DNA of 64,000 nucleotides from Octopus sinensis (taxonomy: Eukaryota), in the NCBI RefSeq assembly GCF_006345805.1, contig NC_043005.1:45508001-45572000 (forward strand). Reading direction: 5' to 3'. Positions 26,722 through 39,747 of this stretch are shown piece after piece. The notes beneath the pieces were generated by a model, which saw only the letters and a list, made by a program, of their open reading frames with translations, ran no database searches and had not been told where the DNA came from. The position numbers and the translations under genes were made by a program. Numbering within the stretch: the first letter of the stretch is position 1; each line of letters begins with the position of its first letter.

Positions 26722-27075
26722 TATGATGTCTGATCAAAAAAGTAATGGGACTGTTGCTATGGTAACAGAGCTAAAATGCACAGAGTTAAGCTACTTGGGA
26801 CAAATTGACCTCAAACTCTGTCATGCATGCACACTTAAGTTATCATGATTTTGCTCACTTCCATTGTTTATAGCATTTTTTAAAAGCAAAACGTGTAGAA
26901 TGTGAAGTGTGGCCATCTCAAAAAAGAAGATCAGGTTTCAGCTGCATATGATCTCCTTGACTATGTCAAGGAAGACTGAAGCCATTTTCAAAGTTGTCAT
27001 AACAGGGAATGAATCATGTGTCCATGGCTACGACCCTGAAACCATGGCTCAGTCTTTGCAATAAGGTCTCAACAA
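26722..27075 (+). mobile_element. mariner fragment (same family as 32094-32942)
   Basis: TIR-like tatgatgtctgatcaaaaaagt and KKEDQVSAAYDLLDYVKED*...KVVITGNESCVHGYDPETMAQS (ITGDETW..YDPE motif). Confidence 0.8.
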
Positions 27076-27859
27076 GATTTCAAAACGTCAACGAAATTCA
27101 AGAGAATGTGACAAGGTAGCTGTGTTCACTATCCTCCCCTCACCCCACCCCACCCTCACACCAAAAAAGAAAGGAGTTCCACAAAAACTTCCATTAAATA
27201 GATATGATGCTGGATAAAATGTATGGCTTTAGAAAGGGACTAATTCGAAGGAGATTAAATGCCAAATTAATACGCATTATAGTTTTCTTTTTATAGCACC
27301 AGTCCTAATAATTTCTTAGCAGATCTCCTAGTGTTATTTGTAGGGTGGTATCTCATTTGCTACATACCACACTAAGTTTGGGTTAGGTTAGTCTGTGCCA
27401 GGTTAGTCTGGCAGCAAACCTATGATCATAGGACTTCCATCTATGACCTTCTCTTTTACTTCCTATAAATCAGTAATTATACTCTCCAAAGTGTTTTTTT
27501 CTGTTTTTTGGTTTGTCTGCTTCATTTTTTTTTTCTAAGGTGAAATTATAGGATCTGAATGAGAATTGGTTGCTATTTCTAGCATCTTCAATGGCTGTGT
27601 AGAGACGCCATTATTTTCGGTTCGTTAGTGTTTGGTTGAACATTTTAGAAGTCAAATAGCTACTCTTGTAAATATAACAATCCAGCTTTTGTGTAAACAC
27701 AGGAAAACAATGAGTGTAAAATGTCATGTTTTATATTTATATAGATGCTTTTTTTCATATTTATTTCCTCTTGTTTTCCTTTTTCTTTTCCTTCTTGAAT
27801 ACAATATCACATTGCTGAGTGATCTCTTGTTGTTGTTGTTGTTGTTGTTACATGTGTTA

Positions 27860-28160
27860 TAACAATTATGTAATTATATCATCATTATCATCAACATCAT
27901 CCTCATCGTCATTATCATCATCATCAACACTCCCATCACCATTGCCATCTCTGACATCGTTATCATCATCCTCATCACCACCACCACCACCACCACCACC
28001 ACCACCACCAAAACCACCACCACCAAAACCACCACCACCACCACCACACCACCACCACCACCACCACCACCACCACCACCACCACCACAACCACCACCAC
28101 CACAACCACCACCACAACCACCACCACCACTACTACAGCAACTGCCACTGCCACCACCAT
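27860..28160. repeat. graded (CAT)n-(CAC)n-(CAA/CAC)n trinucleotide tract
   Basis: Directly visible; source of the poly-His/Pro/Val/Gly pseudo-ORFs. Confidence 0.95.
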
Positions 28161-28439
28161 GTAGCACAGATAAGCTCTACGAAATGTAGCTGTTGCACTG
28201 GTGAGTTACAGAGATCTTGAGTGGTCAGTCAGTTGAGTGACATTCATATCAGAGGTTGTACAGGTGAAATGCTATGCAAACAGCTGTTGTAACTGTGGTG
28301 TATGCAGGAGATTTGAAATAAGAACACCTACCTTCTCTTCGGCAATGCAGACCTCCCCAGTGGTAATCCACCCTTCCACGTGGCCCGACCCAAATGCTAG
28401 AAATAGCAGCTGCTTTTCCCCTACCTTGTCAAAGCGCTC

Positions 28440-28560
28440 ACACATCCAGCTCTGTCGGCTGCCCCGATCGATAAAGGCCCAATGCTCCCCTGCCTGCGCA
28501 TGCGCGTCACTCCTTCCCCTTCCTCTTCCGGTCAGCCCCAAGTTCCTGTCAGCTCCCCAG
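28440..28560. promoter_or_regulatory. CpG-rich promoter-like motif cluster
   Basis: NRF1-type TGCGCATGCGC 28495-28505, ETS-type CCGGAAG (minus) 28525-28531, CCAAT 28479-28483 and DRE-like GATCGATA ~28466-28473. Minus-strand donors AAG|GTAGGG (~28425) and AAG|GTAGGT (~28332) lie just downstream. Confidence 0.55.
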
Positions 28561-28954
28561 CTGCAGACATCATCCCACAGTAACATTAACATTGATAATA
28601 AAACTAGCAGGAATAAGAAAACAGTGACACTACATCGTTTGTAATTCTTGGAGCACGGATGATTCTTCCAAGCTTACTGGATGTTTTTGAGAATAATTCC
28701 TCTAGTGTCTCATTCTTTTCTGATATCATAGTTACTTTGAACAAAATCTTAAAATGCTATCACAGAGCAGCATAACCATTTCAGAAAGTGAGGGCAGGAG
28801 AAGGGTGAGAGGGAAAGAGGGAGTCTCTACACTTGAGATGAAGAGCCTTTATTTTTGTACCAGGAACTAAAATTGCAAGTGCTTAAAAATTTGTGGTATG
28901 CATTTGAGCTGAGAAAAATAATTCTTACTTTTACATATTCAGAGATTCTTTTAT

Positions 28955-29540
<586 letters not shown>

Positions 29541-30649
29541 AAGAAGTTTTTCCATCACCATCATCATGATCTTATGCCTGCTTCTATGCTGGTAATCATT
29601 GGATAGGTCATTACAATCTGAGTCAAAGCTTATTTGGAGTTAGTTCCCTTTTAAATGGGTTAAACAGCTGTCTCATGCTGTTCATTTTCAGCTTGGTTTC
29701 TATGGTTGGATGTCTATCTTTTCACCAACCACTCTATATAAGGCACTGGAGGCATTTTATCATTGCACCAGCACTAGAGATGTTGTCTTGTCCTCTATGA
29801 AACTAAAGGAGTCTTCTAAATCCCACACTAGCTCAGCTCATTTTCCAACTACTTTATGGAATGTAGTGAGCACATTTCATCATTGCATAAGCAGTGGAGA
29901 AACAGTCATATCCTTGACAAGGCTAAAGGCTAATCTTGACTCTATATCATCTCTGCTTAGTCGCTAACCATTTTACAGAGGGTACTGGGTGCTTTTTATT
30001 CCAGAACCAACATGTTTTATATGCTGTCTTTGTAGCAATGACTAACACTTTTGTTACCACAATTCTGTTCAAACATACTCTCTTTGCTTCATTTAGTTTT
30101 GAAAATAATTTTGAAATTTGTAAAATAACTTTGTCATTATTAAGCTGGTATTTGGAACAAAGATTTAAATTCAGATCACTTTTAAACAGGAAGTTTGTAC
30201 CATAGAACATGTGGTGGTGTCAAATGATTTGGTTTTTGGCTGACAAGACACAATGATGTTGAAACACCAGCAGTTACAGAGTCTCTTGCACTATACTATC
30301 ACTTGTATTATGAACACATATTTGATGTAAAGGAGAAATTGCTCTCCTGTGACAAAATATGTAACAGCAGTTAGTATATTTACATTCAAATCTTCTGGGA
30401 TGTATTAAGAATAAATAAGCAAGTCAATGTTTTGATTCTCACAGTTCACAGTATGTATGATGATTTATTAATAGTAGGCAGATATCAGTGTGAATAAACA
30501 AATATTTTTTTCTGCTAAGATTATACAAACAACAGCATCCAACTCTTATTGACTTCACTAGTCTGGGATGTCGCTAGCTAATGAGACAAAACAATGTTGA
30601 AACATCAACTGTCCCAGAGTCCCTTTTGCTAATGTGTCTTATGAACATA

Positions 30650-30850
30650 TGAAGGGGTGCTGAAAAGTTCCTGGGTTTGGGTAAAAGAAAATACAGAAGG
30701 ATCAGTTAATTATGATTTTATTCAACATATTCCCCTTCTCAGATTTACATACTTATTGCAGTGGTCCTTCAGCTTTTCTAAGCCCTTTAAAAAGAACTCT
30801 GAAGGTTGGGCCTTCGACCAGGCCTTTTACAATACCCTTATAGCCAGGGC
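30650..30850 (-). mobile_element. mariner-derived MITE
   Basis: Inverted homolog of 24282-24480; terminus tatgaaggggtgctgaaaagttcctgg. Confidence 0.75.
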
Positions 30851-30949
30851 CAAACACAACAGCAATTTGTACATTAGCATTCAAATTTGCCACAACATAT
30901 TAAGAATAAATATGCAAATCGTAGTTTTGCTGTGCACCATGCATATGGT

Positions 30950-31145
30950 GATTTAAAACGTGGCTGAGGGATAAGAAGCTTGCTTTGCAACAACATGGCT
31001 CTGGGTTCAGTCCCACAATATGGCACCTTGAACAAGTGTCTTCTGCTTCTATTATAGTCTCAGACCAATCAAGCCTTATGGGTGAATTTGGTTGACAGAA
31101 ACTGAAAGAAGTCTGTCATATATGTGTGTGTGTGTGTGAGTGTGC

Positions 31146-31191
<46 letters not shown>

Positions 31192-31420
31192 TTGCATGTA
31201 TCTTTGTGTCTCTGATTGTCCCCCACCACCACTTGACAACCAGTCTTGGTGCATTTACATCCCTGTAACTTAGCAGTTCAACCAACAAAACTGACAGAAT
31301 AAGTACCAGGCTGAAAAAAAGATAATTACTGGGGTCTATTCATTCAGCTAAAAATTCTTCAATGTTGTACCCCAGCATGGCCACAGTCTAATGACTGAAA
31401 TAAGTAAAGATGAAAGATAA
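30950..31420 (+). mobile_element. SINE family C, full length
   Basis: Head, internal (TG)n and 3' domain as in 26049-26472. Confidence 0.85.
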
Positions 31421-32046
31421 AAGATATGTACATACATACATTCCCATCAAAATATCTGTCAAGTATAAACATAATGGGCCAGATATTGTTGCTTGGGACA
31501 GATAAGAAAATGTACATATCATCACAGTGGTCCGCTGTCCTGCTGATGAGAATATCTCTTTGAAAATCAAAGTGAAAGAGGATAACTATGGACAACTGCT
31601 TTGAAACCTCCATCTTCTATACATTCACATACACACGCACGCACGCGCGCACACACACACACACACACGTGTGTGTATATATATATATATATATATTGTT
31701 ATATTTCGGAATGGTCATTTTGCCAGTTTAGCCAATAAAAACACATGCACTATATATATAATGGCTGACGGTTAGTAAGGAGAGACACAAATAAGAAAGA
31801 AGAAAACAAAGGACCACTGATGCGGTCACAGGAGTATGACGAAAGAACTCTGGCCGAAATAAGATTAAGATTAATGTAAAAAATAAATAACAATGAAGCA
31901 AAATAACACCAAATATATAGTGCATGTATTTTTATTGGCTAAACTGGCAAAATGACCATTCTGAAATATAACAATATCTGTTTCAACACATGACTTCACA
32001 TAAAAAATCTTGCACAACAAATATTTAAACGTATATATATATATAT

Positions 32047-32080
<34 letters not shown>

Positions 32081-32093
32081 ATATGTATATATT

Positions 32094-32942
32094 TGAGGTC
32101 TGATCAATAAGTATCAGGACCATTGCCATAGTAACGAAGCTACGGCACACAGAGAGAAGCTGCTTGCTACAGATTGACCATAAACTCTACTGTGCATGTG
32201 CACTAAGTTTAATACCCTAGCTCACTTCTGCTGTTTACAGCAGTGCTTGGAAGGAAGGTGTGTAGCATGTGATCATCACATTGACTATGAGAAAGAAAGT
32301 TGTCATGGCAATACCTGCTCAAAGACCTATACAAAGTTGCAGAAAGTGTATGAGCTACACACTTTTCTATGAGTGGTTCAGACGTTTCCAAGATGGCAGA
32401 AAAATGTCGATATTGACGAAGGTTCTGGGTGACCTGCCACCATCAGAACTGAGAAAAACATCGCAGATATGCTAGCAGCTCTGAGAGGAAATCATCGAAT
32501 CACCATCTGTAAATTATCATCAGATGTGCAGATTCGTTACAGTTCAGTTCAGTCCATTATCTCTGAGGATTTTGGTATGAGACACGTGTCTGCCAAATTT
32601 GTGCCCAAACTGCTTTCAGCTGACTAAAAAGACACTCAGGTTTCAGTTGCACAAGATCTCTTTGGGTCGAGAATGAGGAAAACTTTTTGGAAACTTTGTG
32701 TAGGCCACTGAGCAGGTATCACCAGGCTTTTAGCAAAACTTTATGCAGATTCTCTGCTTAACTTTCTCTGCCATGGTTAATACGATGGTCACACACTACA
32801 CACCTTCCTTCCAAGTACTGCTGTAAACAGCAGAAGTGAGCTAAAACATTAAAACTTAGTTCAAGGTATCAAGGGGCTTTACTCTGCATGCTTTAACTTC
32901 ATTACAATAACAACAGTATGGAAACTTATTGATCAGACCACA
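32094..32942 (+). mobile_element. internally deleted mariner with ~170-bp TIRs
   Basis: Ends gaggtctgatcaataagt / acttattgatcagacc; inner TIR blocks 32218-32265 and 32796-32843 are nearly perfect. Transposase N-terminus FYEWFRRFQDGR...GRPATIRT...MRHVSAKFVPKLLSAD with stops and frameshifts. Confidence 0.9.
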
Positions 32943-33652
32943 TACATACATACATACTTTAAGTTCATTTACGGGAAACGTTTTTGAGTACTCACACAAA
33001 AGCTTCTATGTTATTATATTGACTACAGCCTAGTTTTTCAACATGCAACAGCTGTTTTAAGGGTTTGTACCAAGCTGTACCAATATAATGTAGAATAAAT
33101 ATAACAACAACAACAACAACAACAACAACATCAATAATAATAATAATAATAATAACAATAATAATAATTCATGGATGGAATTTATAGATATTTTAATAGC
33201 CTGATCAGTGGCTAACAAGAACTTTGAACTAACAACATCAAAACAAAATTTGCTCCCTTGCACTATAACATCTGAGTTCATTAAAGAAGCACCTGATGTG
33301 CACACATAAATATCAAAACAAGTCAATTTTAACCATATACTCCTCCCTCTCCTCTATTATTACCATTCCTTTCTCTCTTTCCGTCACCTTCTCCTTTCCG
33401 CTATCAACAGGGAACAACTACACAATCTAGATACTTAGTACTATCATAACAGTTCTCCTCTCCCTACCCTTATTGTCTATATTGCCTGAAGAAATGAACA
33501 CACGAGCAAAGATCCACCCAATGTCCATGGATATCACAAATTGTATTGTAACCATCCCAGGAATGTGGATTATGGTCCCCAAAAAACCTGCTTTGTGGAA
33601 ACATGCATAACAATACATTAAAATATTTTAAAATTCCATCCTTGGATTATTA

Positions 33653-33700
<48 letters not shown>

Positions 33701-33701
<1 letters not shown>

Positions 33702-33950
33702 TTTTTTTTCTTCTTTCAAATTTGCTTCCATTTCTTGCCGAGTGTCTTCCCGACTCCTAGGGCAAAGAAACTCATAGTATACATTGGTAGGCCATTAAAC
33801 CAAACTCAATAGTTCGTTCATTTTTTTTTTTTTTTTAAATACATGAGTTAAATTAAAATACATGAGCAGCAACAGTTCTCACATCGACAATGCTCTTCTC
33901 AATACGTGTGATGTACCAGTTAAGACAATCTTTTGCACTTCTTGCAGGGA

Positions 33951-33951
<1 letters not shown>
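33701..33951 (-). mobile_element. 5'-truncated R4/Dong-like (REL-type) non-LTR retrotransposon 3' end, copy 1
   Basis: Minus translation ISLQEVQKIVLTGTSHVLRRALSM* (QKxxLLGTAxILRxxL-type C-terminus), ~170-nt 3' UTR and A-rich tail, flanked on both sides by (TAA)n. Confidence 0.7.
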
Positions 33952-34009
<58 letters not shown>

Positions 34010-34010
<1 letters not shown>

Positions 34011-34259
34011 TTTTTTTTCTTCTTTCAAATTTGCTTCCATTTCTTGCCGAGTGTCTTCCCGACTCCTAGGGCAAAGAACTCATAGTATACATTGGTAGGC
34101 CATTAAACCAAACTCAATAGTTCGTTCATTTTTTTTTTTTTTTTAAATACATGAGTTAAATTAAAATACATGAGCAGCAACAGTTCTCACATCGACAATG
34201 CTCTTCTCAATACGTGTGATGTACCAGTTAAGACAATCTTTTGCACTTCTTGCAGGGAT
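34010..34259 (-). mobile_element. R4/Dong-like 3' end, copy 2 (tandem duplicate, 308-bp period)
   Basis: Nearly identical to 33701-33951, with the same truncation point and a 1-nt indel. Confidence 0.7.
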
Positions 34260-35680
34260 ATTATTATTATTATTATTATTATTTATTATTATTATTATTA
34301 TTACTGTATCATCATCATTTTCAGCATCATCATCATCATCACCATCATCATCATCATCTAATGTCTATTGTCCATGCTGGCATGGGCTGGACGTTAGACT
34401 GGGCTGGCACACTGGAAGGCTGTGCCAGGCTCCAGTATGATTTAGCATGGTTTTCTACAGCTAGATGCTCTTCCTAATGTCAACCACTGTGAGAGTGTAA
34501 TGGGTGCTTTTACATGTCATTTGCATGACACCAGTATCTGCCATGACTGCGATTTTGCTTGGCTTCATGGGTCTTCTGCTCAAGCACGACATAATGCCAA
34601 ATATACATAAAGCTATTGCTTTATAAGTTTGTTCAGAGTTGCCTCTCTTAGGTACATCCCATTGACAAAAGTCATAAAACTCAAAACATTGATGTCCTTG
34701 GGTTCCTGATAGATTGTGACACTGAACAAACTATTTTCACACCTTTTAACCATAAGAGGGATATTTTCTCTATGGTAATGGTAACTGCAGTGAATGTGCT
34801 TTTTAGCAATTGAAATATGTCATAAACATATTTTAATTAACCTAAATTCTGCTTATGCCTAAACACTGCTTGGTGCTAACATTTCGTTTATATATATATA
34901 TGTATATGTAAATATATATATATTCATATGTATGCTTGCATACACACACACATACACACACACATATATGTGCATGTATGTTTTAGTTGCTATCCACCAA
35001 ATCCACTCATAAGGCTTTCATTTTCTTGGGACTATAGTAAGATGATACTAGCTGAAGGTGCCACAAAGTAGGGCTGAAAACAAATTTACATGTTTGGGGA
35101 GTGAATTTATATTCATAGAATCATGCCTCTTGCCAGAACAAATACAAATTTTATGAGATGGATTTTAGCAGTTGTTTATAAGCCACTTACAATTCTTTAT
35201 TCTACCAACTGAGCTATCATGAGATGGAATATGATAGTTACAGTCTTGGGTCTGACACTAAATGTTCTCTTTTAAAAGATTAAGTCTATTATGGTAGTCA
35301 CTAAGTTTTCCTCGGGGAGATATAATTTTACAGATTTCAGAAAAATTAAATTCCGATAGAACATTGACTTGCACGTGACAGAAATTAAAAGACTAAATAT
35401 ATATTTCATGGGATGCAGCAGAAAATGGAAAACCCAATTCTCTAAGTAGCAATAAGATAGTAGCAACATTGATATTTTCCAATGAAGGAGTCTCTACATG
35501 GTTACTTACCCTGTTAGAAATAGCTATGAAATCTTCCTCAAATCACATCCACATGTCTTAAAAACGTAGGAAGGCAACATTGGACAGTATATTCCTGAAT
35601 GTCAAAATAAGATGAGATGATTTTCAGCGAAACATTTGATCAAGGATCTGTTTGTTTAGCACTAATCTGGGGTTTATATA

Positions 35681-36745
35681 CAGGGTGTAGACAGTATCTG
35701 TTCGCAATTTTCAACTGCTAATTTTTTTTACTTTCATTATTTTTTTTCACTTTCATTATCAGTCTTCTTTTCCTTCTTAAAAACAATCATCATTTTTGCT
35801 TTATTATATTTCAGAATAACTGACTATGGAAAATTTTGAACCCTGCCCAATTTGTGGCAGAGGTGTGGAATCCTCTTTGGAGCTGCACCAGAAGGACAAA
35901 CAAAGAGATTTCAGACTTTCTCATCATCAGCAGAATGATGGTTAAAAAGGTCAGAAAGGAGTTGGAAGATTAAAGATTTGACTACAAGGTGATAGCAAAG
36001 GGTAAAACCCATGATCAACGATTTGATGCCATCAGAATGCTGAAATTTATTGATGAAATCCAGGAGATCATCAACAATGATCCCAGCAAGTCCATGTGTG
36101 TAATTACAAGGGAGAAATTTGGAGGTGAAAAGCTTACCAGGCTGGTGGTGCATGAGGACATTCTCAACTTTTTATACAAGATGAGGAAGGAACAATTTCT
36201 GTCCAGGATTTTGCAGGAAAAGCAACCCAAGCACACCAAGAAGCTGATCAACAAGTTGAAACACCTGCTGGAGCCAGACAGGCTGTGGTTCTTCATTAAC
36301 GGGAAGAAATTTTGCCAAGACCAGAAGATCAACACCCAGAATAATAGGTGAATTACTGTCTCACCCAAGGGTATGCCCAAAGTCATGCAGAAAAAATTTC
36401 CAGTGATAATCATGATCCCTGGTGTCACCAGCAGTGAAGACGACATCATGTTACCCACTTCTTCCCTGAGAGCCTCAGGCTGAATAACAACCAGGTAGCT
36501 ACAGGGAGGCTGTATGTGTGGCAGCAAGACTGCTCCCTGCCACACCAGCAGGAAGACCCAGGCCTGGCTGTTGGATAAATTCATTGATCACACAGCACCT
36601 GATATTTGGGCTCCCTGCAACCCTCTTGACTTTTTTGTGTAGGGTATGATGGAACATGAGACTACCAAATCCAGCTACATGAAGAACTTTTAGAAATGGA
36701 CTGCTAACTTTGCAGGCTTAGACTAAAAGAGGTGATTATTCTTTC
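35681..36745 (+). mobile_element. degenerate Tc1/mariner transposon (maT/DD37D-like)
   Basis: TA plus CAGGGTG start. Translations NDPSKS...VVHEDI...YKMRKEQFLS...KKLINKLKH...LWFF.NGKKFCQDQKINTQNNRW, then VWQQD...CHTSRKTQAWL and CNPLDFFV; frameshifted. Confidence 0.85.
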
Positions 36746-37842
36746 GTAGACACTTGTTGATCATATAAGATCATGCACTTGGCTATATTAATCATACAGA
36801 TGTATGAGATAAAGCAGAAATAGTATGGAGACATGCTGCAACAGCATGTCGCTGCAACCACCATCTGTTGGTGATTTCCTACTCCTGGTGAATGACACCT
36901 TTGCACCACTCAGACAACAATCGTCCAGCCCTTGGGTCTGTTTGGGGAGTCGTTGCTAATGAGGATTTTACAAGGTCAGAGTAAAATCCTACCTTATCTC
37001 TTTTAGTTGCCTTTTACAACACACAGAAGAAATGTTGGGACTACTGGCCAGCCCCAACACAGATGGCATCCTCATCCTCATCCTCCTCATCCTCATCATC
37101 ATCATCATCATCATCCTCATTTAGCTTCTGTTTTCCATGCAGGTATCAGTTGGATGGTTTGACTAAGACTGGTAAGCCAGAGAGCTGTACCAAGCTCCAG
37201 TCTGATTTGGCTTGGTTTCTATAGCTGGATGCCCTTCCTAACATCAACCACTCCAAGAGTGTAGTGGATGCATTTTATGTGTCACCAACACTGGCCATGA
37301 CTACAATGTATGAGATAAAGATGATAGTTATTTTCTGTCAAGTGCTACAAGGAATGATTCAGAGCAATTTGAAATTTTAGCAAATCATTTTCTTTTTTAT
37401 ATAGTTTACATAATACACCATAAAAGACAAAAGGTGAGAAAGAAATGGAAGAAGAGAGAGAGAATGATGCAGTTATCTATGCAGTAGGTGACAGAGAGAG
37501 ACTGTGTAATGCCTGAATTCTTTGTGAATGTGATGTACATTGCTCAAAACCTCCAGTGGGAAAGATTCAGTCGGAAAGATTCAAGCAGAAAGGAAGAAGT
37601 ATTGAAACATTAAGAACAGCAACAGTAAGAAGGAAATGACAATAACTTCTATGACAACATCATATGAATCAAAAAATTCCTGGCTAAGCTCTCTTGACCT
37701 GCTAGAATGAACAACCAAATCTACTTATATAAACTTATATAAAACAGAATACATTTGACAATGTCTTGCATAACCCTAAAAATATGGGATAGTCACAGAT
37801 GGAATGCCTTTTATCATAGATCTGGTATGTAAGAAAGTGAAT

Positions 37843-38165
37843 GCACATGGCTCAGTGGTTAGAGCATTGGGCACCCAATCATGAAGTAGTGAGTTCAAAG
37901 GGCTGTGTATTGTGTTTTTAAGCAAGACACTTCATTTCACGTTGCTCCAGTTTACTCAATTGTAGAAATGAGTTGCAATGTCACTGGTGCCAAGTTGTAT
38001 CAGCCTTTGCCTCTCCCTTGTTTAACATTGGTTGCATGGAGAGGGGAGGCTTGTATGCATGGGTGACTGCTGGTCTTCCATAAACAACCTTGCCCAGACT
38101 TGTGCCTTGGAAGGGAACTTTCTAGGTGCAATCCCATGGTCACTCATGGCTGAAGGAGATCCTTT
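37843..38165 (+). mobile_element. tRNA/CORE-like SINE family G
   Basis: Head gcacatggctcagtggttagagc, CORE-like gcaagacactt.atttcacgttgctccagtt.actca, RTE-like tail; homologous to 62529-62884. Confidence 0.8.
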
Positions 38166-38555
38166 ATGGTATATCAGAGTTGAGCTGGAACTAAACAACA
38201 AAAGGCAATAAGAAATCCTTTGCCTGTTCACTCGATCTGCTTGAAATAGCAGTGAAATCTCTTTCAAATTGCAACATGCACTTCAAAAGAAGACACTTTA
38301 AAAGGTAGTCCAAGATAAACAATGACTGAAAGAAAAAAACTGGATGGGCATGACTGGAATGCCTTTGAGCATTGGTCAATTCCACTCAAGATTGACGGGA
38401 AACTTACCACCACCACAACAGCAACTACAACAACATTTTGCCATGTAAAATCTATTCAAGCACATTGACCTGAGAAGTGGAGAAAGGCAAAGTGTAGACT
38501 TTAGCTTGCATTCTACTACTGGATCTGTAGTCTATATAGTGAAATGACCTGACCT

Positions 38556-38890
38556 GGGTTAGAATTAGGGTTTGGGTTTAGAGTTAGGGCTAAGGCTATG
38601 TTAGGATTTAAGGTTTATATCAGGGTTAGGGTTAGGGTTTAAGGTAAGTATTTAGTGTTAGGGTTAGGGCTAAGGCTAGGTTAGGATTTAAGGTTTGTTT
38701 TAAGGTTAGGGTTTAGAGTTAGTGTTAGACCTAGGGCTAGGTTAGAATTTAAGGTTTGAGTTAGGGTCAGGATTTAGGGTTAGTGTTAATGTTAGGGTTT
38801 AGGGTTTAGGGTTAGGGCTAGCGTTAAAGTCAGGATTTAGTGTTAGAGTTTAGGGTAAGGGCTAGGGTTTAGAATTGGAGTTAGAGTTAG
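38556..38890 (+). repeat. degenerate telomere-like (TTAGGG)n array
   Basis: More than ten exact TTAGGG hexamers among variants (TTAGAG, TTAGTG, CTAGGG, TTTAGGG). Confidence 0.8.
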
Positions 38891-39580
38891 ATGGCATGCT
38901 AAAGTGTAAATGGCTTAGCAAACTGCACCCTAAAATGGCAGCAGGCAAAGTTAACTTCAACAACATTTGCACTCAGATCATTAAAAGCCAACCCTTAACA
39001 CAGCAGAACATTTTTGTCTGACACTATTAATTCTTACAAATCTACCATCTTCATGAAATGATATTGTCATGATCAAATGAATGTGATATTGGTGTGGTAA
39101 TTTTAATATCATATTATCTAACTGAGTGAGATTTTCTGTTGTTAAGGTGACAGATGTATGATATGGACATGGTGTAATGAATGTGATATTGCAGTGGTAA
39201 TATTGATTCCTTACAAAGGCACATAACCAGGAAGTTGGCAATATTATACTCATGAGGGAGGTGGATTAGCAGAACCATTAAAGTGTGAAATATTTAATGG
39301 CAAGTTAGATCAGATATGGATGTGTGGTTGAGAAGCATCCTTCTCAACTATTTATTACTGGCTTCAGTCCCACTCAATGGCACCTTGGGCAAGTGACTTC
39401 TACTTATAGCCCCAGACCAGCCAATGCCTTCTGAATGGACCTTGTAGATGTAAACTGAAACAAAGACGCCTGTTTTATATATATTATATATATATATATA
39501 TTATATATATATATATATATATACTAGCGGAGATATGAGGATGTAAACACAACATCGGTTATCAAGTGATGGTAGGGGTA

Positions 39581-39616
<36 letters not shown>

Positions 39617-39747
39617 TATACACATATATATGACAGTTTCCCTGTATGAAACCCACTCACAAGGCTTTGGTCAGCCTGAAGCTATGGTATATATATATAT
39701 AAAGATATATATATATATATATATATATAGATATATATATATATATA

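Noticed and set aside
27819-28220. Poly-Pro/poly-His ORF and antisense poly-Val/Gly/Trp ORFs
   Set aside because: Product of a (CAC)n tract open in several frames on both strands.
28237-28644. 135-aa plus and 106-aa minus ORFs
   Set aside because: No recognisable domain; openness is explained by locally high GC, and the region carries promoter motifs and a family F-like fragment.
35500-35515. Perfect minus-strand donor CAGG|GTAAGT
   Set aside because: Lies within a family F repeat copy; no adjacent exon evidence.
36015-36584. 189-aa minus-strand ORF
   Set aside because: Antisense shadow of the plus-strand Tc1/mariner transposase.
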